From contig OZ059899.1 of assembly GCA_964057225.1 (NCBI GenBank), positions 13,268,001 through 13,332,000 on the forward strand: DNA of 64,000 nucleotides, given 5' to 3'. Positions within the stretch are counted from its first letter, which is position 1, and the number at the start of each line of letters is the position of its first letter. Made by a program: the position numbers and the translations under genes. This stretch comes from Auanema rhodensis (Eukaryota > Animalia > Nematoda). The notes beneath the pieces are model-generated. The model saw only the letters and a program-made list of their open reading frames with translations, was not told the DNA's origin and made no database searches. Below are positions 52,614 through 64,000 of the stretch, piece by piece.

Positions 52614-54647
52614 TTCTCTCTCTCTCTCCTTCTCTCTCTCTCTCTCTCTCTCTATGTCTTCATGTGTTTTTCCCTTTCTTGTTGTCTATATCACTCTGAA
52701 TCTTTCGTTATCTTTTGCTTTTGCTTAGACTGTCTCTGTCTTTGTCTCGAACTGAAAGCCTATTTATTGCTTTGATAATACAATATTGGAGACTATGAGC
52801 AACCGCAAAATGAAAAAAAAATTGTATTTGGCATTCTATCTATCAATTCTTTTACAATTTTATTCTTTATGTGTACATATAGATTGATGTTCAGATTCAT
52901 TAGTATGCAATGAAAAATGAGATTGTGAATGAGAATAACTAAGAAAATTAAGTTGAATCTATGTATATGTATGTCTTATCAGGTTTTTCGCTCCTATTAT
53001 CAGGATTTGTACACATTGCCAAATGACTGACATATCTACATTTTCAAAATAGATTCTCTTTTTTCTTCTTTCCCTCGTATTCTTTTCATACTCCTTCTTT
53101 CCGCAATCTCTTTATCATTTTTTCTCTCTCTCTCTCTCTCCCTCCCTCTCTATCTCTCTATGTGACTCCCTCTCTCTTTCTTTCTTTTTCTTTTTGACAT
53201 TATCGCCGTTGTCTTGCGCATCTGTCTGTTGGGCTCATGAGCTTTTTCTCAGTTCAAACTTTTGAACACTACCAATTCTTGTAATATTTATTCAATTTTC
53301 ATCCCAATTTTCCATTAAATTCAATAGGTATACGTATTATCTTTAACCTCTTTCGTTTTTACTTCATTCATGATATGCTGCCATTTGCAACCAACACCCT
53401 TCAGATGCTTCTACTGTCTCTTCTATTCTGTTAGTTTATTCCATTTAGCCTCTTTATCGTATTTGAATATCCTACAGCTATTCATTGTTTCTCTTTCTTC
53501 CTTACAAGACTAATTTTCAACTAGAACTAACTTGGCCAAAGTCTTCAAAGTTACACTCCCTTTAAAAAGAGAAAGGGAGAGAGAGAGAGAGTAGGGTGAA
53601 AGGCAGTTTCTCTATCCAATCTTCTTTCCTCTTGACCAGTCTGCCTATCTTTCTCTTCCTAACTACATATTCTAGTCTTAATAGTAACGTGACTAACTAG
53701 CCTTTTTCTTCTTTTTCCTTTCGTCGTCATCATCTTCTCTATTCTTCTTTTTGACCTCCAACTTGAGTTTCATCCGTATTCGGATTTCTCGTTCACGAGA
53801 GCTATTAAATACCTAAATTCTCTCTTTTATTCTTTCATGTAATTTTCAAAAAAAAAAGAAAAAGAAAAAAGAAAAAAAAAGTATTTTTCCAATAAGAAAT
53901 TTGAGTCTTATTCTGATTCTGATTCCTTTTTAATTCTATTCTTTCTTGACATGTCTCTGTCATCATTGTAGAAGTAGAAGAACGAAAAGTTTAATCAGCC
54001 TCATAATACTACTGACTCGAATACATATACTACATGTATATGTGTATGTATAACTATTTTTTATTTCAAAATATCGATCATATTTTGTTTTTTTTTTCTT
54101 TCAATTTCTCTTTTCTTGATGGAGCAAATAAAAGTTTTTTGTTTTAAATTTCTAATTTTCTCAATTAGTTCGTTTGTCCTACTTCACTTACCTCTAGTCT
54201 ATTGCCTCTATCGTTATTCGTCGTCTTCATCATTACTTTGACACCGACGTCATTAGAGAACATGAAAATGATTCAACTTTTCTTCTTTTTTTTTTGAAAT
54301 TGAATATAAAATGTTTTTTTTTATTCCTAAAAATATTCAATTATTCTATTATAGTTAAGCACCTTTTGAACTTTCTTCTTCTTTTGCAGCTTTTTCGTTG
54401 AGTTGTGATAGTTTATCATTGCGCACCAATTATTTTCCAGCCTTATACTCTCCACAATCACTGTCTCAGTCAATCAGTTATGTCCCCCTAATGTATCAAC
54501 AATACCTATTTTTAGATTTCACGACATCCATATGTCGTTGATATCACAGCAAAAAAAGCTGTAACACTGAAATGCTTCTAATGACCATGTTGGGAAAATT
54601 TTTTTAATTTTTCTTCTATTCTTCTATACATATATCAAATACATGTG

Positions 54648-54703
<56 letters not shown>

Positions 54704-55151
54704 GTATGTTAGATGTTCATATATCTGTGTGCGTGTGAGTGTACATGTGTGTGACGCCATTTTCCGGTCGTCCCCCCGTTTGGCTCAATGTATTCTGAAT
54801 TCCTTGCTACCTCTCAACGTATGCTGCTTGGTGCATCAGTTTACAGCAAGCTGAAATGAACCGATTTGTACCGAAATAGTCCTGCTGATTACAAAACTCA
54901 TATTTCGTGTGTTTGATATCCCCAAATATTGCCAGTATTACCTTACTATCACATCGATTGTTCTCAAACCCATATCGCGCTATCTATCGCGTTCTGAGCA
55001 TTTCATCTCAGAAATTCCTTGGCTTGCAACATCAACATGTCGTCCTGTCCTATCAATTGATCTCACTCTAAAAAAATTTTATTATCTATCATTCAATGAC
55101 TGTTGCCTCTTCATATTCTCTTTCTTTTCTCGTTAACTTCGTCTTTCCTCT

Positions 55152-55192
<41 letters not shown>

Positions 55193-55977
55193 ATTTCTTT
55201 CTGGGTCTTTTCTGCTTTCTCTCTGACTTCATTTCCTTTTTTGTATGTGTTACTCTTCTACCACTTATACTCAATAAGATAGTATCAAACTCGGACAGAG
55301 CCTAACGAACAGAAAAATTGGTTCAGTTTCCAAGTTTTTTTGTTGTTCAAATTAAACATTTTTTACAACTTTAGAACATATTTGATGAGTTACTGTCTCG
55401 AACTTCTTTGGATATTTATTTTTTTTTGTTATTTTGATAATAAAAGTTCAAGTATCGCAAGTACTCTTCCAAGTACTTGTATGTGATTATCTTGTTCCTT
55501 TTACCTCATACTTCGTAACTTACATATTCTCTTACTTATAGTTTTACAGCATTTCATTAACTATATATATATATATATATATATACTATATTAACTATAT
55601 GCATATATTTGTATTGTGGTCATAGAGCATACTTGCCGCCTCATTTTGAAACCTTGTCGAGCTGATGTCGTAATGCGTTTTTCCTCACGTTGCTAAGTTT
55701 ATGTAGCTAATATTCAGGCAGTTTAGTTCTGGTCATCGCTCGCTTGATTCCAACATTTGTTTTAAATTATATCCATCATATACTCCATATCTGTATATTA
55801 TGCTATATATTCTTATATATACTATATCATTTGGATGTCTTTTTACTATTTCATCTTAATTTTCATTTGGTATAGTTTCTTCTCCGTGCCTTTTTGTTCA
55901 GCTTGTAGCCCGGTTTTTTTGTTTCCGCCTTCGCTTTTCCGGACTCAGATTACGCTCGATTTACTCTGGAATCTGAC

Positions 55978-56017
<40 letters not shown>

Positions 56018-57116
56018 AGTACAATTCGTATTGGGCTTTTTGTTCTCTTTGCCTCACTAAATCTTCCTTTCTTTGCTCTTCCTCCCTCTCTCCCTCTCCC
56101 TCTCCCTGTCCCTCTCCCTCTCTCTCTCACCCCCACATTCTCTCACATAAATACACTATCACTTTTGGCATTTTCAATCTCTCATTAACCTCAAATTAAA
56201 TAGATTTTAATTATTCTGTTACTCGGTTGTTTTGTATTCAAATAGCTGACTGATTTCTAACGATATATTGCCTTTTCTTCATTTTCTTCTGTTTTTTATT
56301 CATCGTCTTTCATCATCAATGTATCTTTCTTTCCAAGTTGTACCATGCTGTGATACAGCTTCCATATCATATAGATATCAGTCGACATGGTTGTTATCAT
56401 TCATTGCCATGTCATAATTCGTCATCTCAGCTCTATTTATGACTAGAAGAAACACAAAACTTATGAAGACAATGACGAATCGTTGAAGTTTCAAACACCT
56501 TTTGTTTGTAAAAAATTATTTTTCCATTCTCTTCTGGATTGAACTTCAAAATGAAGAAAATACGTAATACAGTTGAAGGTATAGAGATTTCTGCGAAAAA
56601 AAAAGTTGATGATGATGACAATGATGGAAATGAGAGTTATAGATGTAGTGAACGAGGCAGCTACCACCTACAGAAGTTAGAGTCAGGTTTTGTAACAGTT
56701 GGGGGAATTAAGTCAAAACCGGGCTTTTGGCAGAATGTTTTGAGGAAGAACATCAGTAAGAGAGAGAAAGAGAGAGAAAGAGAAAGAAATATATATATAG
56801 AGAGAGTGAGAACGAGGAAAAGATTAAGAGAGAGAGGGAAGCGACGTAGAGATAGAGAGAGAGAGAGAGATAAAGAGGGAGAGATAGAGAAAGACAAAGT
56901 TATAGACCTTATACGTTCTCATCTTGAGACGACAAGTTGCAAATTCCAGTTCCATTTATGTCATCTTGGTGCCCACATGAAGGAAATTATCATCATCACC
57001 ATCATCATCATGCCCTCTCTGTATATCTCTTTCTTCCCCTCTTCACACTTTCTACATATACCTAGGCATCAATCTACTATTTACCTCCACTCTCTCTTAT
57101 TCTATGCTTCATTACT

Positions 57117-57117
57117 C

Positions 57118-57192
<75 letters not shown>

Positions 57193-57207
57193 CTCTCTCT
57201 CTCTCTC
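57117..57207 (+). repeat. Interrupted (CT)n microsatellite
   Basis: Read directly from the sequence. Confidence 0.95.
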
Positions 57208-58144
57208 AATAATTATTTATCAATTTAATGTTTTTCTTCATATTGTTTCCTAAACGTCAACAATTATAATAATCTTATAATAAACCTAAAATTACATTTT
57301 GGACTTGTATGATGATTTTCTATCTATATGTCATATTATTTTTATTTTTTTAAAATTTATTTTTAATAATTACAAGATGAATAAGAAGTTTCTTCTTTAT
57401 TTCAGTGTTTTTGTTTCTTTTCTTCTTCCTTTTCTTCTTTCATTTTATTCATTTTTCTTCTAATCAAACATTACTTCGCACAGTTTCTATGCTTCATGAT
57501 CTGCCCTCCAGCAATACTGCTATACCAAATAGTATATTGCGACAACTACCTGTTTCACTATCAAAACTGCTGCATGTGGGACTGCTTTTTGTTTTTTTTT
57601 TAGTCGAAAAACATTGTTCAATCTCCATCATCCTCTCTCTCTATCTTATTTTTTTTCTACTCTCTCTCTCTCTCTCTCTCTTTTTCTCTCTCTCTTTCTT
57701 TCTCTTCATCTCTCAGCTACCAGAATTTGTATTTCATACTTAATTTCCTCGATTCTGTCTTATTTGAGTTGTTTCATTCTTTCTGACCGTCATAAACATC
57801 TCTAATACTTTGTCTATTCCTTGTTCTGAAAACCTACATTTCCTCTTCTTTTCACATTCTTCAACTTCTTCTGGATTTATCCTCATATATTCATTGAGTT
57901 TAATATATATACACATAGTTAAGTATGTTAACATATTTAATTATATGTTTATAATACTAGTATGATATAAGCATATATATTCGTGCACATATGCACAAGA
58001 CAACATTGGAATATCGCTCGTCTTTAATGTTCATCGTACATGTTCGTGCTCATGGTTTTACCTCTTAAGAAAGAATCTGATGGTGAAGAGTAGCGTCAGA
58101 AGATAAGAGCCAAGCAAGTGGACAAGTAAGCCAACGACCTCGCC

Positions 58145-58214
58145 ATGTTGAAGTTCCTCAAGAAGAACACGGACGAAGGTTCCAGCTCAAAGGAATCAAA
58201 ATCTGGAGCTAGTC
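58145..58214 (+). CDS. kin-1: PKA catalytic subunit, alternative first exon (MLKFLK-type)
   Basis: MLKFLKKNTDEGSSSKESKSGAS plus a phase-1 donor C|GTGAGT. Close match to the recalled C. elegans KIN-1 N-terminus MLKFLKPKSSDEGSSKDNKNSAS-LKEFLDKA. Confidence 0.9.
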
Positions 58215-61200
58215 GTGAGTTTATCTTCATCACAAACAATTCAAACATGACAAGCATTAATTTATTTGAATCACAATATGATAGTAATGGGATTACTAGT
58301 TAGCTATCTAGGTATAGTTATCATTGAATTCCGATGATCCTTGTACAGTTTTTGCTTAGTTCACCTAACTGAGCAAAACAAACTGCTATTAGCTGAAAAG
58401 TGAAGCAGAAAAGATATTATTCATTTGATTTTTTTTTATTTTATTTCTATTATTTTAAATTTTTTTGTTGCCACTCTCGGCTATTTCTTTTTTTCTGTTT
58501 CGGTTTTTCTTCACTTTTTTTTTTGTTGAAAATTGCTGACAGTATGCCAGCTGATTAATCGGCAAATATTGGTGCAAAGATGGTACAGATGAAACAGAAA
58601 CCTCATCAATAATTTAGATTCACAACAAGAAAGCATTACTTTTCCATCTAACATATACACATACTATTTCCGCTTGTATATGATTGTCTGAAAATAGAAA
58701 ATTCCCTCTCTGCAACTCTTTACGCCAGGCAGTTTATGTGAATTTACGTGTAGCTGTGTAGCAAAGTACAAGTGTAATTCCGTTTTAGATTATAACAACA
58801 TCCAATGTATCTGGGTATTATAACAACTATTACATCAAAGTGGGTGGTTCAAAGTGCATTGTAAGCTGCAGCAGCATGCTGATCCATCTGATAAGCCTGT
58901 TAAGCATTCAAACGTTAATGACGCTGAGAACAGTTTCAAGCAATTATTTAGCTTTTCAGCTGATGACCTAATCTTGTTTCCTGAGAATGTGCATGACATT
59001 CAGGTTATAGCATGCATATCATGAAAAATGAAACTATTAGCTTAATTGATTAGTATACTATGAATTTTATTACATTTATTATTATAGTTATATCGTTTAA
59101 CTAATGCATAGCTACATACTGATCTCATCCAGATTCAGATAGTAATCAGCTTGATCCTTCATTTTTTAAATTTGAATTTAATATTCTAATTTCAATTGTC
59201 TACATCTGCTGACAACGATATCTATACTTATTCATTTTACTTCCTACTCCAGTGATTTCATCATTTATTGGAAGAAATGGAAGAAAAACGAACTCGACAT
59301 CCATCATCCAGCTTTGACTTGTTCTTGGACAGCACAAAAGTTGACAAGAAGACTAAGAATTCATATAATGAGTCACAAATATTGACGTTTTAGTGATAGT
59401 AAAACTGATCGTATTGGCTCATATCATTGTATTCTTTATATAAAATTAGATTATTATACGAATAATAATGATTATTCACTAGGAATATTGCAACTTCAAT
59501 GCCATTTGTGAGTGTGTTAACCATCTGAAAAAAAAAAGCTAACAGCTTCAATATATATTCAGTATATTTAGATGATGGTATAAGAATGGCTATTTCAATA
59601 CATTATCATAATATTAATATTATAATCGGATTACTAATTATAATTATAATATACTATACTATACTACTATATTTTACCCATATGATAAAGCTGAAACATC
59701 AACCATTTCATGCATATACATATCTATATATATACGTATGTATATGCATGAAACTAAGAATAAACCCTATTAGCTATTTCGAGCATGTTGAGCATTTATT
59801 TTTTTTCTTTTTTGCAGCTATGTTAGTCACATCGCTCATCATTGCTTTTGAGTATCATAGGGTCTTAGTGTTTGTTATGTGTACTAATTCAGCAGCTTCC
59901 ACAGCCATGAAATAGCTAAGCACAAGCATTGACATCTATCATTCACGTTTATCAAACCATCAAAGTGAAATTTGAAGCTTAAAAAGAAGTAAGAAATGGA
60001 TATAGTAGACGAAGATGATTTGGCCTAAATGATGTTAATGATGTAAGATGGACTGACGAAACTCGTAAAAGTCACTTTGAAATAATGATTGATTATAAAA
60101 GTTGTTTATAAATATTATAAATATAAAGCACACATTTTACATACTTTATGAATGCTCTTATATTTATATAAATATATATTATACGTCTAATATTTTGAAA
60201 TTTATATATATATATATATATAAATGTATATGTATGTATGTTTCACCATAACTATATGCTATAACTATATATGAGATCATAGTTAGATAGAGAAAAAGAA
60301 TAAGAGATAAAGATAGATTCAGACGGAATATCAGAGGGAGAGAGAATGAGAGAGAGGGAAAAAGGAAATTTGCTAGAAATTCCTGTCGACATATTTGCTC
60401 TTTTCCCTTATTTTAAACTTTTCATCCATTTGAACATCAAAAACGGATACCACTAATTCTGGCTTAACGAGTAGCAACGTTTCTCAAGATCAGACGAAGT
60501 TGTCCACGACAAGAAAGGAAATGAATTTCGGAAGTCATCGAAAATTTTCTTACTGAAGTTGTTCCTTGAAAAAAGCTTATGTCCGTGAGTTAGTTTCCAT
60601 ATCAGAGAAAATGAAATAAGGTGAGAGAGGGAGAGAGAGAGAGAAAGAGGAGGAAAGACGGTTGACCCTGCTGCCTCTTACCCCTCATCTCTTTCTTTTT
60701 TTTCTCTCTATCATTCTGATTCTCTTTTGCCCTATTGCTTCATGTCTGCTTTCCCACCAGCTTTTCGTTGTCTGCAAGTATGTGGCGAATAGCCTATCTC
60801 TTGCCTTCTTCTTTTCCCGCCTCTCCCCTCTTTTTCACTTACCACTGATGTGTATGTGCTTTCCTCTCTCGTCCCACCCTTTTGCCCCACTATCCTGGTC
60901 TCTTGGAAGCTTCTACAGCGATCTCCGTGTTGGTTTGCTCCCCCCTCTTACTCCACCCTCCGGTTCAACCCATCTAGTTATTCAGTTCCTGTTTCGGAGT
61001 CCTACGTTTTGAGGATTCAATAGCTCATCTGCTTTCACACACACACGAGCCGATTATTATCAGCGCTTCTCTTTACTATAAAGAACAAGAGAGTTCTGCT
61101 TAAACTAATTTTGCCTCGAGGGTGTGTGTCTACGGATTCACCACCTTGGCAGCATTCAATCCCGTCCAATAGTACTGTTACTTATCTGCAAGCCCAGCTT

Positions 61201-61667
61201 AGATCATTCTGAGTAAGCATTGGCAGTAACTTCAACACTTTTCTGGAATCAGACGACAATATATTTGTTTTCATCTCGTTTCCACTCGTTTTCTTCCAGC
61301 CAAAAATACTCAAAGCTAGTGCCAGGGCAAACGACCTTTTAGCTGTTTATAAGCTAAAGAGTCTAAATCTCGAAGTTGGTGATCATTACATCAGCTTATC
61401 CTCATATCCGGATCCGTCTGCCGTTTCCTGCGTGTATCGTCCGCTCGTGCGTGAGCAAGTAAGTGAGCAAGTAGAGTCCACTGGCTACCATCCCACGAGA
61501 GCTTCTCATTCCACATACAATTTCTGTGCTCGACGTGCAGCCGGATCGCCGGCAGTTGAGCCTATTTCATTCAATCTTCTAAATTCATTATTCCTGAATG
61601 GCAAATAGATCTTAATCTAATTGTCTGATTATTTATTCAAAAACTGTATCTAATCTATTCATCTATC

Positions 61668-61803
61668 ATGTTATCATCATCATTTCTATTCGGTAAAAAT
61701 GCACGTGAACGACGTGAAAAAGAAGAAAAACGATACTGTACACATAAAGATTCTGTACGATCACAACGATCAGAATATTTATCAGCTGGATATTGGCTTT
61801 ATG
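61668..61803 (+). CDS. kin-1: PKA catalytic subunit, alternative first exon (MLSSSF-type)
   Basis: MLSSSFLFGKNARERREKEEKRYCTHKDSVRSQRSEYLSAGYWLY plus a phase-1 donor G|GTAATG. Matches the recalled C. elegans KIN-1 N-terminus MLSSSFFRG...SKYISGGYL. Confidence 0.82.
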
Positions 61804-64000
61804 GTAATGTTATTTCTTTCTTTATTTCTTTTTTTCTATATTATATATAGTTAAGAACACATATATCATATCCTAACTATGCATATATCTTATGATTATT
61901 CTGATTTTTTCTTTTCTTTTGTCCAGCTTTTCAACATTTCCTTTTTAAATGAACATCTATTACACTCCGGTTAGCTGTATCATCGTCGTGTCGACGTCAA
62001 AAACGTATTGCTTACATACAGCTTCAGACACTCATCCGCATTTTTCCATCTACATTATCGTAGTTGATGAAGTCATGTGCAATGGCTTATGAGCACAAAC
62101 ATTTCTCTTATAAGCTTGTAAACTAGGTCATTTTCCACTTCTTTATCTGTTCCATCGAGCTCATTTCTATGTCTGGATGCTCACTCATCCTCATGCTTCT
62201 CTATGCATTCTGAACATTGTAAACGCATCTTTTTCTTCAAAGCTCATATTATTTTTCGATGAACTCATTGAGCTCATGATTTTGAGAATTCACTCATCTT
62301 CTGACTCTTGAGAAGCGTCTTTTCTACAACTTTTTGAACGTATATAGATAATACAAGATGACTATATACATAGATGGGTGGCTCAACTAACTATCCCACG
62401 GCGTTTACCGCCAGTCATTTATAGAATACTTCCGAAATAACTTGACAGATCATCAAGCATTAATTACGAAAACAAGTTCTAAATGGAAAACGTTTTCTTC
62501 ACTTTGGTATTATACAAGAGGAAAAAAAGTTTTTTTTCTTCTTTTATGATTCATATACAGCGGAAATTCTTCATTTTCGTTGTCACGTTCTAGCTTTTTC
62601 CAAGATGCTTTACAGCATTATCGTACTAGTCGTAGTTGGAAGCGTACATCTGTATACTACTATTCTACCTCCTTTATCCTGAATCTCAAACAACCAACCC
62701 AACAAAGCTTATTGTGCTCCTCACCCACTGATCATCATTCTCATTGTCGTGCAGGAGATTTCCAAACGACTTTGAGAGTAAATCGGATTGAGGTCCACGA
62801 ATGATTTGTCTTTGAGCCAGGAGTGCTGCAGGCAAAGAAAACCATTGACGAACACGACGGCTCAGGGGTTATTCCAACAAGGTTCTCGCCGACAATGATA
62901 TGAACAGTGAGAACCCCCTACCACATTTGCTATCACTATTCTGACTTGCCAACGATGACGCGTAGACGACAGCGTTTATCACATCTACACAATGAGGCAA
63001 CGACAACCGATACACATACACACACACATACACATGGACGTGCACATACACAAAGCCATATACACATTGAAAGCTAAGTGTGCGGCTTTCAGCTGTACCC
63101 CGTTCCTTCGGGGATTGCTCTTCGAACTGCTGTTTTTGTCCAGCCGGTGTAGACAAGCATATTTCTGAGCCTCGAGTTCTTGTGGTTTAAATACAAATGG
63201 CTTACTTCGAATTAGGCGAATCCGAGTCTACCTCTTCAATGTCGATGGCAAATTCAACTACATTTTATTTGAGACAATGCACACAAAAAATAAGAAAATA
63301 TTTATCCTTTTTGCTATTTATTTCAGCTAATTTATATAATTTTTCGACTTGTAACTTTTTTTTCTAAGCTAATGAACTCATAGTGCAAGAAAACTTGGCT
63401 TGTCCCGCCTGAGTAACCGAGCAGAACATGTCAGGGTATGAAGGCTTAGCATCAACCTTGTGTCTATTTCGAAGTTAAAAAAACATAAAAACTGAACGCT
63501 AAAGCTGAGCATCGAAATGATATTTCAATGCTGGCTTAAGAATTTTTTGTCTACCTATTGACATTGTTTTTATGGTCATTCCTCAACATTATTCAAAGTT
63601 TGAGTGATGTAGATCCTCCTCCTCTCTCTCTCACCCTCTCTCTCTCTTTCTCTACAATCAAAAAAGTGAGAAGGAGAAGAGAAGAAGATATGGATAAATC
63701 CAGATGAATCAAATTCACTTGGTTCTTCTCTAGTTTAGCATCGTATCTCATTCTTTCCTGGTCTCTTCGTCATGTTCTGTTTCCTACTGCTTCTCATCCT
63801 AAGCCCATCCTTTTTATCGTGTTGTATTCCTATCCAAAATGGCTCGATTCCGGATTTTACTCGATGTTTGTGCGTCCATCTATCTCCTGCCTGATGCCCA
63901 TACTTTGTTTTGTCAGCATTTTTTCAATTCAGGATGAAAAAAAAGCTGATGTTAGGCTCTAACAAATTCTCTAACTCATAAGAGGTTGTATAAGCTATAA

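Noticed and set aside
56539-57228. 229-aa ORF and the many other SLSLSL/ERERER ORFs between 17 and 64 kb
   Set aside because: These are stop-poor translations of CT/GA microsatellites and pyrimidine tracts, with no domains or splice support.
23000-64000. CRE sites for PKA/CREB autoregulation
   Set aside because: Only half or variant sites were seen (e.g. CGACGTCA near 54245 and 61992). No full TGACGTCA was noticed.
1-64000. tRNA, rRNA, SL RNA, CRISPR, telomeric arrays or intact transposons
   Set aside because: No T-loop/anticodon cloverleaf, spliced-leader sequence, repeat-spacer array, TTAGGC array, transposase or RT ORF, or long terminal inverted repeats were recognised by eye.

Overview
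Eukaryotic genomic DNA from an AT-rich, intron-dense nematode, most likely a rhabditid (clade V). Modal introns are about 42-55 nt and TTTCAG-type acceptors sit just before several start codons. Most of the ORF track is misleading because genes are split into tiny exons. 1-21 kb is gene-dense: the 5' part of a Nup153/npp-7-like nucleoporin (-), a complete unc-40/DCC netrin receptor (+, about 30 exons), APRT (-), a ZIP/SLC39 zinc transporter (+), a NETO/SOL-2-type CUB-CUB-LDLa-TM protein (+) and a small nematode protein resembling C. elegans ZK909.6 (+). 23-64 kb looks like a gene desert but is best read as the >40 kb 5' region of the PKA catalytic subunit gene kin-1. It holds an array of short alternative first exons that all end at phase-1 donors: three resemble C. 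elegans KIN-1 N-termini and two are new candidates. The kinase exons lie beyond the window end. Most notable: (i) the hidden kin-1 first-exon array; (ii) the long unc-40 introns are tiled with sense-strand stem-loops containing G-U pairs; (iii) unannotated symmetric cassette exons in unc-40 and the ZIP gene, and possible secreted isoforms of UNC-40 and SOL-2/NETO; (iv) a GC-rich multi-hairpin island inside a kin-1 intron. All homology calls come from recalled sequences and by-eye translation. No search or folding program was run.
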